From NCBI GenBank assembly GCA_963850305.1, contig CAWKKR010000007.1, positions 608,001 to 672,000 of the forward strand: DNA of 64,000 bases, given 5' to 3'. The first letter of the stretch is position 1. The number at the start of each line of letters is the position of its first letter. The notes under the pieces were generated by a model, which did no database searches, had not been told where the DNA came from, and saw only the letters and a program-made list of their open reading frames with translations. Made by a program: the position numbers and the translations under genes. The DNA is from an uncultured delta proteobacterium. Its GTDB lineage: Bacteria; Myxococcota_A; Polyangia; Polyangiales; Polyangiaceae. Shown in pieces: positions 41,931-51,697 of this stretch.

Positions 41931-43217
41931 GTGGAGTATCTCATTGTCGTGGACGCCCCGGCTTTTCGCGTCTCCGGCTCCTCCTTTGCGACCGAGAGCG
42001 CGTTCGCTCGACATCTGAGGTTGCTTGCTTCGCGGCTCGCTCCAGCGTTCGACAGGCTGCGTCTCGCGGCGCCCGCGATGCCGCGGGCGCGCTACGAAGC
42101 GGAGAAAGTGCACCTCGCCGAAGTCCACGAAGAGGAAGGCATCTCCTTCATCCCCATGCAGGAGCTCGGAGCGCCGTTCTTCGAGTACCTCGGGCGTGCG
42201 CCGCGCGCGTGGCGTACGCTGTGGGAGAGCGTGCGGCGCTCCGACGTCGTGCATTCGGGACTGAGCTCGGATCTCGCGCGACCGCTCGGCTTCGTCGCAA
42301 CGCTCGCGGCGGTGATCCAGAACAAGCCGGCGACCTTCGTCGTGGACATCGACTTCAGAGAGTCGGCGCGGATGAACTATCGGACGAAGCGCTGGTCATT
42401 GAAGAGCTATTTGCTCTGCCGGCACGTGTACGATCCGCTGCGCGTCGCGCAGATCCGCTTCGCGATCCGGCATTGCTCCCTCGTGCTCCTGAAGAGTCGG
42501 CGGATGGTCGAGGCGTTCGGGGGTGGCGAGTCGCACGTGAAGGATTTCCTCGATGCCGCGCATTCGGAGGAGCACGTGATCGGTGCCGACGATATTCGTC
42601 GCCGCGAGGCGCGGCTCGATCGTCGGGACGAACCGCTGCGACTCGTCTATTTCGGCAGGCTCGTCGGTTACAAGGGTGTCGATCGCGCGATCGTCGCTCT
42701 CTCGATGGCGCGCCGTCGGTCGGGGCGAGACTTCACCCTCGACGTGATCGGCGCCGGAGAAGAGGAACCGAATCTCCGGCGGCTCGCGGGGAGTCTCGGC
42801 CTTGCCACGCGGGTGGCGTTTCGCGGAGCCATCCCGTACGGCCCCGTGTTGTTCGATGCACTGTGCCGCGCCGATCTCGCGGTCGCGACGCCGCTAGCCG
42901 AGGACACGCCGCGCAGCGCGATCGATGCCTTCGCCGCGGGGATCCCCATCGTTGCGTTCGACCTCTCTTATTATCGCGATCTGGCACGCGGGGGCGCGGT
43001 TCTCGTCGCGCCCTGGCTCGACGTCAGGGCAGTCGCGGAAGGCATCCTCGAGCTCGATGAAGAGCGTGACCGCCTGAAAACGATGATCCGAAGCGCCGTC
43101 GAGTTCGCTCGAAGGAACACCCAGGAGATCTGGCTCGAACGCCGCGTCGCGTGGACGGTTGCGTGCACCAGAGCGCGCTCCCCAGAGTCCTCGTCACCTC
43201 CGAGGCTCGACGGTTAA
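41931..43217 (+). CDS. GT4-type glycosyltransferase
   Basis: YFGRLVGYKGV; EDTPRSAIDAFAAGIPIV. Confidence 0.85.
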   Translation: MEYLIVVDAPAFRVSGSSFATESAFARHLRLLASRLAPAFDRLRLAAPAMPRARYEAEKVHLAEVHEEEGISFIPMQELGAPFFEYLGRAPRAWRTLWESVRRSDVVHSGLSSDLARPLGFVATLAAVIQNKPATFVVDIDFRESARMNYRTKRWSLKSYLLCRHVYDPLRVAQIRFAIRHCSLVLLKSRRMVEAFGGGESHVKDFLDAAHSEEHVIGADDIRRREARLDRRDEPLRLVYFGRLVGYKGVDRAIVALSMARRRSGRDFTLDVIGAGEEEPNLRRLAGSLGLATRVAFRGAIPYGPVLFDALCRADLAVATPLAEDTPRSAIDAFAAGIPIVAFDLSYYRDLARGGAVLVAPWLDVRAVAEGILELDEERDRLKTMIRSAVEFARRNTQEIWLERRVAWTVACTRARSPESSSPPRLDG

Positions 43218-44917
43218 GGCTCGGTCGCGCCGGACGTGCAGCCGTTAGACGGTCTCGGCTCGCCGCGCTGATCCGTCGCAGGACACCCGGACCCTTTTCC
43301 GATCGCGGGGCTGCCCGTTGCGGGAAGAATCGTCAGCGTCGGTCCCCCGTTGTCGGCGAGAGTGCCAAGATCGATGTCGGCGAACGTGGTCGTCGGGGTG
43401 CATTTCTGATCCGCACCGGTGCAAACGACGTGCGTCGCAGGCCACTGCAGGTTTCCGTCGCCCGTGCTGTTTCCATCCTGACACGCCATCGGCGCGCCGC
43501 AGTCCTTCGATGTGTCGTTCGCGAAGAGTGTGTTCGTGATCGTGAGTGTGGGGTCTCCGGCAATGGCGGCGCCGAACAGACCGGAGCCGCCCTCAGCCTC
43601 GTTGTTCGCGAAGGTGCAGTTCAGGAGCGAGCCGCCGTTGCCGAACAGAGCGATCGCGCCGCCGAGGCCGTCCGTCGCCGAATTTCCGGAGAACGTCACA
43701 TTCGTGAAATCGAGATCCGAGCCGTCGGCCTGGATCGCGCCCGAGCCCTTCGCGGAGTTGTTCGATAGCGTCGACGCAGTGATCGCCAGCTTGGAATTGT
43801 GGAAGTACATCGCACCGCCGCTGCTCGCCTGGTTCCCGTCGAAGGTGGAGCGATCGAACGTCGTCGTGCGCTCCTGTCCGTCCGGCGTGCGTCCGATGGC
43901 GCCGCCGAGTTCGTTGGCCACGTTGTTGCGGAAGGTGAGTCCGCAGAAGAGGTCGTCGCCATCGTCACCGCCGTCGATGGCGATGGCGCCGGCGTTGCCG
44001 CCGTTCCCGGATTCCCCGCCGCGCACGGCGCACTTCGAGTCGATGTAGTTCTCTCCGGTGCCGAGGGCCTCGTTGCCGGTGAACGTACTGTTCACGACTT
44101 GGAGGTCGGAGTTAAGCATGTACAGGGCGCCGCCGTTGGCGCCGCTATTGTCTTCGAATACGCTCCCCTGCACGATGACGCCGAGCGAGCCGAGTGCGTA
44201 CACCGCGCCGCCGACGTCCGGGCCCGTATCCGGCGCGCGGTTATGTTCGAACACCGAATCGATCACGTGGAGGATGCCGTCTCTGAGATAGAGGACCGAG
44301 CCGCCCCCGTCCGTGTCGGTTCCCTGAGAGCAAGGCGCGGGCGCGGCCGGGATCTGGGTCCCCGAGGACTTCCCGTTCACGAACGTCAGCCGTTCCAGGG
44401 TCACGGTCGTGTTGTTCTTTCGGTAGTCCCCGTGGTCGAAACCGAGGATTCGCGTCGCCCCGCCTCCGTCGAGGGTCACGTCACCGCCCCCGTCGATCGT
44501 CGTGTCCAGGCTGGTGGAAAGGTCGATCTGTTGCGTGATCGAAATGGTCACCTTGCCGCCGCAGTCGAACGCCACGACGCCGCCGCTGGCGACCGCGGTT
44601 CGCAGCGCCGCTTCGGTGCAGCTCGTGGCGCTGCCCGTTCCGACCACGTGATCCGCATGAGAAGCGTCCACGAGGGTCAGCGGCACGGCGCAGATACTCG
44701 ACGAGGCTCCTCCATCGACCACGTTCGTCGAGCCGCCGCTGCCCGTGGCGCCACCGCCCGTGGTTGCGCCGGCCGCGCTCGCGCTGCCACCCGCGCTCGC
44801 ACCGCCACCCGCGCTCGCACCGCCCGTGCCTGCGTCCCCGTGGTCCGTGCCGCTGCTTCCGCATGCGACGATGAGCCCGGTCGCGAGCGCCACCAGGTAT
44901 TTTCCTCCGCACTGCAT
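43214..44917 (-). CDS. Lipoprotein with a pectin-lyase-like/Pmp-type beta-helix
   Basis: Lipobox LIVAC; repeated GGA(I/L/M) and FxxN motifs; C-terminal LADNGGPT...DQRG. Confidence 0.85.
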   Translation of the reverse strand: MQCGGKYLVALATGLIVACGSSGTDHGDAGTGGASAGGGASAGGSASAAGATTGGGATGSGGSTNVVDGGASSSICAVPLTLVDASHADHVVGTGSATSCTEAALRTAVASGGVVAFDCGGKVTISITQQIDLSTSLDTTIDGGGDVTLDGGGATRILGFDHGDYRKNNTTVTLERLTFVNGKSSGTQIPAAPAPCSQGTDTDGGGSVLYLRDGILHVIDSVFEHNRAPDTGPDVGGAVYALGSLGVIVQGSVFEDNSGANGGALYMLNSDLQVVNSTFTGNEALGTGENYIDSKCAVRGGESGNGGNAGAIAIDGGDDGDDLFCGLTFRNNVANELGGAIGRTPDGQERTTTFDRSTFDGNQASSGGAMYFHNSKLAITASTLSNNSAKGSGAIQADGSDLDFTNVTFSGNSATDGLGGAIALFGNGGSLLNCTFANNEAEGGSGLFGAAIAGDPTLTITNTLFANDTSKDCGAPMACQDGNSTGDGNLQWPATHVVCTGADQKCTPTTTFADIDLGTLADNGGPTLTILPATGSPAIGKGSGCPATDQRGEPRPSNGCTSGATEP

Positions 44918-45026
44918 GACCGCAGAGCTTCTCACCGTTCCCGTGTATCCGGCAACCAGACATGCCGCGTACATGTGGGAGCGTCCGGCGCGTCCAAAAA
45001 ATGCCGGCGCGACTGGATGACGTCGG

Positions 45027-46115
45027 TCACTCGCGCGTACGGCGAAGTGCCTCGGACAGGGACGTCGCGAGTTGTTCCGGGCGCGGGGCGTCCCCGTGGG
45101 ACGCCTCGAGCAACTTCGCGAGTACGGTGATGTACGACTGCCCGAGTGTCGTCGTGACCGTCGCGGCCGTCGCGCCCGAGATTGCGCCGCCGATGGCGCT
45201 GCCGACCCCGGGAACCAGCTTGAACAAGCCGGCCACGATGGCCCGGCCCGCCACCGTGGCGCCCACCGTGCCCGTGACGGAGCTTATCAGCGTCCCGTAA
45301 AATGCGTCGTCGAGATCGAGCCCGAAGGTGGAGCTGATCCCGACGAGCATTCCGATCTGAAGCGGCACGAGCAGGGCCGCGTCGGCGAACGGAATCGGCG
45401 TGGCGCCCACGGTCGCGGCGGCCGCGGCGGCGCCGGCGACCACGGCACGCGCGCGCTGGCGCTTCAATGCCAGGCTGACCCGTTGCGCCGCGACGAATGC
45501 GGTCCGCTGCCCCTCCGGAATGACGGTCATGGTGACGTCGACGAGTTCCGACAGGCCGCGCGCCGGCAGCTCGATCCCGTCGTCCAGGGTCTCCGGTAGC
45601 GCGCGCACCGAGACGACGTTTGCTGACCGCGGCAAGAGCCGCTGGACTTCCACGCGAAACCCCTTATCGGAACGCGCCTTCGTCACGACCGCAATGACGG
45701 GGATCTCATTTTTTGCGAGAAGCTCGACGAGCGCGCACTCCCCGTCGTCGACGCGGCGCGAGTCTTCCGTGATGCACAACCAGGCGCAGTGGACGTGGCG
45801 ACTCGGGTCAGCGTCACGGCGGCGTGTAGTGACCAGACGCTCGAGCTCGGATAGCGTCTCGCGGAACTTGTCGAGTTCGAGCCCGCGCGAATCGATGAGC
45901 GAGATGGGCACGCCGGGCTTGGTGTATTCGCGGATCTCGCGTGTCACCGGACGCCCTTGCCCCGTCTGGGCGAGCTGGCCCTGGAAGACTGCGTTGATGA
46001 GAGTGCTCTTTCCGACCCCGCTCCGGCCGGCGACGAGGATCGTGGCGTGACCGCGCTCCGCGAGAGCCTCCCTAACGCGCTCGCGGATCATCGCGCCGAG
46101 GGCCGCGTCTATCAT
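45027..46115 (-). CDS. GTPase + DUF697 (YcjF-like) protein
   Basis: GRSGVGKSTLIN, DSRG, TKA; TPIPFADAALLVPLQIGM. Confidence 0.88.
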   Translation of the reverse strand: MIDAALGAMIRERVREALAERGHATILVAGRSGVGKSTLINAVFQGQLAQTGQGRPVTREIREYTKPGVPISLIDSRGLELDKFRETLSELERLVTTRRRDADPSRHVHCAWLCITEDSRRVDDGECALVELLAKNEIPVIAVVTKARSDKGFRVEVQRLLPRSANVVSVRALPETLDDGIELPARGLSELVDVTMTVIPEGQRTAFVAAQRVSLALKRQRARAVVAGAAAAAATVGATPIPFADAALLVPLQIGMLVGISSTFGLDLDDAFYGTLISSVTGTVGATVAGRAIVAGLFKLVPGVGSAIGGAISGATAATVTTTLGQSYITVLAKLLEASHGDAPRPEQLATSLSEALRRTRE

Positions 46116-46200
46116 GGGTCGAGGAATCGTACGGTCGGCGTCGGGACGTGTCGAGGCGGAACGCGACCCGTCGAGCGAACCGGCGACGCTGCCGCGGGGC

Positions 46201-46842
46201 ATGAGTGGTATCTTACGTGCCGGCGCCGCGGCGCCCGGAAAGATCGCTTTGGCGGAGCTCGGAAAGATCAAAGGCGTCGCGTTCGGAGAGTTTCTTCTCT
46301 GGTACGAACGCGCCCACGGTCGCGCGGCGGTGGAGTCGGCCGTCGAAGCTGCCGAAGCCCGTCACGCGGAGGGCCTGGAGCCGCGCCGTGCCGGGTTCGG
46401 CGTTCTCGCGTCACGCTGGTATCCGGCCGCGCTCGTCCACGAGTTGGTCGACGCTCTGACGCACGGAAGGACCCCGGCCGAGCTCGAGGCCATGGCCAGC
46501 GACGCCGCGGATCACATCATGGGCCGGACGCTGCGCGGCGTGTACCGCGCCGTGTTCTCGATGTTCGGCACGCCGGAACGCTACCGGCGCTACATCGGCA
46601 AGCTCTGGAGCATGCATTACGACACGGGCACCGTGACGGTGCTCGCGCCGGAGCCGGGCCTTCATCGCGTCCTCTACGCCGGTTGGGCCGGCCATCATCC
46701 GTTCATCTGCCGGATGAACATGGCATCGTCGAGGACGATTTACGGTGCCATGGGTTGCAAGAGCGTCGTCTACGAGCGTACGCGCTGTCTCTCGGAGCAT
46801 TCAAGGGAATGCGAGAACACCGTCCGCTGGTCGAGCTCGTGA
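46201..46842 (+). CDS. Myxobacterial hypothetical protein (DUF2378/V4R-like)
   Basis: KIKGVAF, LASRWYP, WSMHYDTG, C-terminal CLSEHSREC..VRW. Confidence 0.65.
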   Translation: MSGILRAGAAAPGKIALAELGKIKGVAFGEFLLWYERAHGRAAVESAVEAAEARHAEGLEPRRAGFGVLASRWYPAALVHELVDALTHGRTPAELEAMASDAADHIMGRTLRGVYRAVFSMFGTPERYRRYIGKLWSMHYDTGTVTVLAPEPGLHRVLYAGWAGHHPFICRMNMASSRTIYGAMGCKSVVYERTRCLSEHSRECENTVRWSSS

Positions 46843-46861
46843 CGGCGGGGTGCTCTATCCA

Positions 46862-47665
46862 TCATCGCATGAGGAAGAGCACGGCCGCCCCGAGCAGAAT
46901 GCGGTAATAGCCGAATGGCTCGAGCCCTCTGCTCTTCAAGTATCGCAGAAAGCCGGCGATGACGGCCCAGGCGACGAAGAACGACACCACGAGCCCGATG
47001 ACGAGCTCCGTTCCGATGCCGGGTACGAGCAGATCCTTCCGGCCCTTCCAGAATTCATAAAGTGTCGCGGCGCCGAGCGTGGGCAGCGCGAGCAGGAACG
47101 AGAACTCCGCGGCGGTCGCGGTGGAGAGCCCCGTCAATTGTCCCGCGACGATCGTGCACATGGACCGCGACGCTCCCGGAAAGAGCGACACGCACTGTCC
47201 GAGCCCCACGATGAAGCCACGCTTGGGCGTCACGTGAGCCAGACCCTCGAGACGCGGCGCGGAGCTCCGCGCCCGGACGCGCTCCAGCGCAATCATGACG
47301 ACCCCTCCGACGACCAGCGCGGCGGCGACGGGCAACGGGCCGAAGAGCCATCGCTTGATCGTCGAGCGAAGCAGCAGGCCGAGTATCGCCGTCGGGACGA
47401 ACGCCGCGAGGAGCGCGGTCGCGAGCGCAATGGCTTCCGGCTCCCGTCGAGTGAGCCCGACGAGGCGCGCCCCGAGCAGCTCACGATAATGGACGGCCAC
47501 CGCGAGGATCGCACCCAGCTGGATGACGATGTCGAATGACTTGGCTGCGTCCCCATCGGTCCCGAGCAGGTGACCGACGAGGATGAGATGACCCGTGGAC
47601 GAGACCGGCAGATACTCGGTGAGCCCTTCAACGATCCCGAGAACCGTCGCAACGAGCGGAGTCAT
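46862..47665 (-). CDS. uppP: Undecaprenyl-diphosphate phosphatase
   Basis: GIVEGLTEYLPVSSTGH, IQLGAILA, PGASRS, AEFSFLLA. Confidence 0.96.
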   Translation of the reverse strand: MTPLVATVLGIVEGLTEYLPVSSTGHLILVGHLLGTDGDAAKSFDIVIQLGAILAVAVHYRELLGARLVGLTRREPEAIALATALLAAFVPTAILGLLLRSTIKRWLFGPLPVAAALVVGGVVMIALERVRARSSAPRLEGLAHVTPKRGFIVGLGQCVSLFPGASRSMCTIVAGQLTGLSTATAAEFSFLLALPTLGAATLYEFWKGRKDLLVPGIGTELVIGLVVSFFVAWAVIAGFLRYLKSRGLEPFGYYRILLGAAVLFLMR

Positions 47666-47741
47666 GGGCGCGTCTTAGCATTTCCTCCCCCGAAGCAATC
47701 CACCCGATGAATCGCTCCGACCTCGTTCTATACTGGGCCGC

Positions 47742-49583
47742 GTGAGCGCCCGGATGGCAGGCATGCGGGCAGAGAGGTCCGCCGAGCCACCGCGCGCGAT
47801 GCACTTCCTGGGTGTGTTCCGCTACACGCGGCGCGCACTCGAGCTCGTGTGGACGACGAGTCGCTCCGTGACGATCGGGTTGGGGGCCCTGAGCGTCGCG
47901 TCCGGCCTATTGCCAGCGGCGATTGCCGTCGTGGGCAAGCACATCGTGGACGGCGTCGTCGCGGCGAGCGCCGGTCGTTCGCCGCTCGCCCGGCCGCTCG
48001 AATACGTCGTTGCCGAGCTGCTGCTCGTGGCGATGCTGGCCCTCGCCCAGCGGGTGTCCGGTGTCTGCGAATCGCTGCTACGAGCGCTCCTCGGGCAGCG
48101 AGTGAACGAGCTCATCCTGGAAAAGGCGCTCACCCTCGAGCTGACCGACTTCGAAGACTCCGAATTTTACGACCGGATGACGCGCGCCAGGCGCGAGGCG
48201 TCCTCGCGTCCGCTTAGCCTCGTGAAGCGCGCCTTCGGCCTCGCGCAGAACGGCATCTCGATGTTCGTGTACGGCGGGCTCCTGTTCCGGCTCTCGCCGT
48301 GGGCGGTGGCCGTGCTCGGCCTCGCCGCGATACCCGTCTTCGTCGCCGAGACACGGTTTTCGGAGGATGCCTTCCGCTTGTTTCGCTGGCGCGTGCCCGA
48401 GACCCGGCAGCAGGCCTACTTGGAGACGCTACTCGCGCGCGAAGATCATGCGAAGGAGGTCACTCTCTTTCGACTGGGCCCGCTCTTTCTCGCGCGCTAC
48501 CGCGCCCTCTTCGAGAAGCTCTACGGAGAGGATCGCGCCCTCACGTTGCGTCGCGGGTACTGGGGATTCGGCCTCGGGCTCCTCAGTACGCTGGCGTTCT
48601 ACGGCGCCTACGCGTGGATCATCGTCCGCACCGTCGCGCGCGCCATCACCCTTGGCGACATGACGATGTACCTGCTCGTGTTCAAGCAGGGTCAATCCGC
48701 GCTCTCGGCCATCCTTTCCGCCATCGGTGGGATGTACGAAGACAACCTCTATCTGTCGAATCTCTACGAATACCTCGAACACCAGTCGACGTCGCCTGGA
48801 GGCACCGCCGTTTCGGGTCCGGTGCCGAACGACGGGATTCGATTCGAGGCGGTCACGTTCGCATATCCGGGCGCGCCGTCGCCCTCGTTGCGCGACGTGA
48901 CGTTCCACATCCCACGCGGCGGCAAGCTCGCCCTCGTCGGCGAGAATGGTGCTGGCAAGACGACGCTGATCAAGCTCCTTACGCGCCTCTACAGCCCGAC
49001 CTCCGGACGTATCCTGCTCGATGGGCTGGACTTGCAAGAATGGAGCCCGGACGCTCTTCGCGATCGCATCGGAGTCATCTTTCAGGACTTCATCCGGTAC
49101 CAGTTGCTCGTGGGTGAAAACATCGGCGCGGGCGACGTCGATGCTTTCGCAGAGGAGGCGCGCTGGCGTCGTGCCGCGGAGATGGGCATGGCCGATCGCT
49201 TCGTGGAGAAGCTCCCGCGCGGCTACGCGACCCAGCTCGGCAAATGGTTCCTCGACGGTCAGGAGCTGTCGGTCGGACAGTGGCAAAAGATCGCGTTGTC
49301 CCGCGCGTTCATGCGAGAAAAAGCCGACATCCTGGTCCTCGACGAACCGACGTCTTCGATGGACGCGGAGGCGGAAGCGGAGGTATTCGAGCGGTTCCGC
49401 GGGCTCGCCGAGAGCCGGATGGGGATCGTCATTTCGCACCGGTTCTCCACGGTGCGGATGGCGGATCAAGTCGTCGTGCTCGACTCGGGAGCGGTCGTCG
49501 AACAGGGGACTCACGAGGAGTTGATGCAGAAGGCGGGGCGCTACGCGCGGCTCTTCAACCTGCAGGCGGACGGATACCGCTGA
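47742..49583 (+). CDS. ABC transporter, fused permease/ATP-binding protein
   Basis: TM domain; GENGAGKT, LSVGQWQ, LDEPT, ISHR. Confidence 0.94.
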   Translation: MSARMAGMRAERSAEPPRAMHFLGVFRYTRRALELVWTTSRSVTIGLGALSVASGLLPAAIAVVGKHIVDGVVAASAGRSPLARPLEYVVAELLLVAMLALAQRVSGVCESLLRALLGQRVNELILEKALTLELTDFEDSEFYDRMTRARREASSRPLSLVKRAFGLAQNGISMFVYGGLLFRLSPWAVAVLGLAAIPVFVAETRFSEDAFRLFRWRVPETRQQAYLETLLAREDHAKEVTLFRLGPLFLARYRALFEKLYGEDRALTLRRGYWGFGLGLLSTLAFYGAYAWIIVRTVARAITLGDMTMYLLVFKQGQSALSAILSAIGGMYEDNLYLSNLYEYLEHQSTSPGGTAVSGPVPNDGIRFEAVTFAYPGAPSPSLRDVTFHIPRGGKLALVGENGAGKTTLIKLLTRLYSPTSGRILLDGLDLQEWSPDALRDRIGVIFQDFIRYQLLVGENIGAGDVDAFAEEARWRRAAEMGMADRFVEKLPRGYATQLGKWFLDGQELSVGQWQKIALSRAFMREKADILVLDEPTSSMDAEAEAEVFERFRGLAESRMGIVISHRFSTVRMADQVVVLDSGAVVEQGTHEELMQKAGRYARLFNLQADGYR

Positions 49584-49604
49584 CGCCGCTGCGGCCGGCC
49601 TCCT

Positions 49605-50423
49605 TCACTTGGACGCTACGGTATCGGCGGTCACGGGCTTTCCGATGCTCCACGCCGGATTCGCGCGGAGCGGCTTCTGCTCGTCGCCGAGGCGAAAGGC
49701 ACGCGCGACGTCGTTCGTCATCGGGTGAATCGACGGCAGGCCGTAGCAATGCAGACTGGGGGCTTCCTCGTTCGAGAAGCGGCCGCCGCCGTGGGCGCCG
49801 AGCTGGTGGCTCCAGACGTCCGTCAGAAGAACCACCTGCCCCCTCGCGTCCACGAGGTCCGACCGTGTCAACCGAACCGGATCGTGCGTGCCGTCGTCGG
49901 CGATGCCGCCGACGACGTCCAGGGTTCCGTCGGGGCGAATATCGTACTCCACCTTGGCGCCCTCGACGTCCGCGGGGCCGTAGAGAAAGTCCTTTGCACC
50001 GGGTAGAACGAACATGAAATGGCTGTAAACGGCGTCGGTCGCGAGCGCCGGTACGAGCGTGTAAGAGAGGATGTTGTTGCCCCAGGGCCGCTCGGTCGAC
50101 CAGTACACGAAGTAGCCCACCTCGAGCCTGTTCCCGATCCGGTTTGCCCGATAGAGGACGGTATCGCCCAGAGTTCCGGCGCTCCAGTGTCGCGAGCCCA
50201 CGCAGATCGACTGATGCTCGACGCGTGCGCCATCACCGGACGCGGCTCGCGTCGTCGTGGCTTCCGGCGCGCGCAGGGAGAGCGCGCTCTGAAATGAGGA
50301 TTCCACGCGCGGGTGTGCTTCCGGCCATTTCGGCTCCGCGGTGATGGCGGTGTAGGCTGCGATAGCTAGCACTGCCGCAGGCCAGGAAAGGGTGCTGTCG
50401 ATCATCGGGTGCAGCAAGGACAC
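49605..50423 (-). CDS. Hypothetical exported protein
   Basis: Hydrophobic N-terminus; YFVYWSTERPWG; fills the gap; no family recognised. Confidence 0.6.
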   Translation of the reverse strand: MSLLHPMIDSTLSWPAAVLAIAAYTAITAEPKWPEAHPRVESSFQSALSLRAPEATTTRAASGDGARVEHQSICVGSRHWSAGTLGDTVLYRANRIGNRLEVGYFVYWSTERPWGNNILSYTLVPALATDAVYSHFMFVLPGAKDFLYGPADVEGAKVEYDIRPDGTLDVVGGIADDGTHDPVRLTRSDLVDARGQVVLLTDVWSHQLGAHGGGRFSNEEAPSLHCYGLPSIHPMTNDVARAFRLGDEQKPLRANPAWSIGKPVTADTVASK

Positions 50424-50716
50424 ATATCAGAAAAGTTCCTTTGCTTGTCGGTGACGGAATCGTTCGATCGTTCCCCCCCGCGTCTCTCGCACGAGGCACG
50501 ACGCGGTGCGGGACGCCAACCCTTCGGCGTGACGTCGGCGTCAGCGTCGCCGTTGACGTCGGCGGAACAACGTCAGCGCTTTCGGAGAAAGTCCGCGAAG
50601 CTCCAAATTAAATCGCGGCCCATCAGCCGCCTGCCTCCGCTTGCGGCATATCGGCCGCCGTGTGAGCGTCCGCGTCAAATGACGATCGCCGTGAGCCGAA
50701 AAGGGAGTCGCGTTTG

Positions 50717-51688
50717 ATGCGCGCTGTCATAGTTGACCGCTTCATCGAGCCAGCGGCGCTTGGGGTCACGCAAGCGCCCGAACCCACACTGACGGATGAC
50801 ACGGTCCTCATCGACGTCCGCGCCGCCGGGTGCAACTTCTTCGACGCGCTCATCGTTCAGGGCAAATACCAGGAGAAGCCGCCCTTTCCGTTTTCGCCCG
50901 GCGGGGAAGTCGCTGGCGTCGTGTCGGCGGTCGGCCGTCACGTTCCACACCTGCGCGAAGGCGACCGTGTGATGGGTTATCTCGGGCACGGAGGATTTGC
51001 GGAGCGCGTCTCCGCTCACCCCGAGTCGCTCCACCTGATCCCGGACGGCATGTCGTTCGAGCTCGCGGCGGGGTTTCCGATCGTTTACGGCACCGCGTAC
51101 GCATCGGTGGCGCAGCGAGGCGCGGTCCGTCCCGGAGAGACCGTGGTCGTCACGGCCGCTGCCGGCGGCGTCGGGCTCGCCGCGGTGCAGATCGCGAAAG
51201 CCGTCGGGGCGAGGGTCGTCGCGCTGGCGAGCGGCGAGAAGCTTCAGGTCGCCCGCCACGCTGGGGCGGACGTCGTGATCGACTATCGCCTGGACGGCTG
51301 GGTCGATGAGCTCGGTCGCGCGACGGACGGCCGCGGCGCAGACGTCGTCGTCGAAAACGTCGGAGGCGACGTGTTCGAGGGAGTCATGAAGCACGTCGCC
51401 TGGGGCGCCCGCGTCGTCGTCGTGGGGTTTGCTTCCGGGCGCATCCCGGAGGTTCGCTTGAACCGTGTACTCCTCAAGCACATCGCGCTCGTCGGCGTGC
51501 ACTTCGGCCCGACTGCGCGTCACGAGCTTCACACCGTGCGCGAAAGCTTCCGCGCGCTTTCGTCGCTGTACCGCCAGGGCAAGATCGCTCCGCTCGTGTC
51601 GAAGACGTGGCCTCTCGAGCGCGTCGCGGAGGCCCTCGCGGCGCTCGGCGGTCGTCAGACCGTCGGGAAGATCGTGCTCACGCTCTGA
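50717..51688 (+). CDS. NADPH:quinone oxidoreductase (MDR family)
   Basis: GKYQEKPPFPFSPGGE; AAAGGVG; GKIVL. Confidence 0.93.
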   Translation: MRAVIVDRFIEPAALGVTQAPEPTLTDDTVLIDVRAAGCNFFDALIVQGKYQEKPPFPFSPGGEVAGVVSAVGRHVPHLREGDRVMGYLGHGGFAERVSAHPESLHLIPDGMSFELAAGFPIVYGTAYASVAQRGAVRPGETVVVTAAAGGVGLAAVQIAKAVGARVVALASGEKLQVARHAGADVVIDYRLDGWVDELGRATDGRGADVVVENVGGDVFEGVMKHVAWGARVVVVGFASGRIPEVRLNRVLLKHIALVGVHFGPTARHELHTVRESFRALSSLYRQGKIAPLVSKTWPLERVAEALAALGGRQTVGKIVLTL

Positions 51689-51697
51689 GCGCGAGCG

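Noticed and set aside
47742..49583. ABC transporter as exporter for the putative RiPP
   Set aside because: It is over 40 kb away, belongs to a common family and has no peptidase domain; nothing links it to the cassette.
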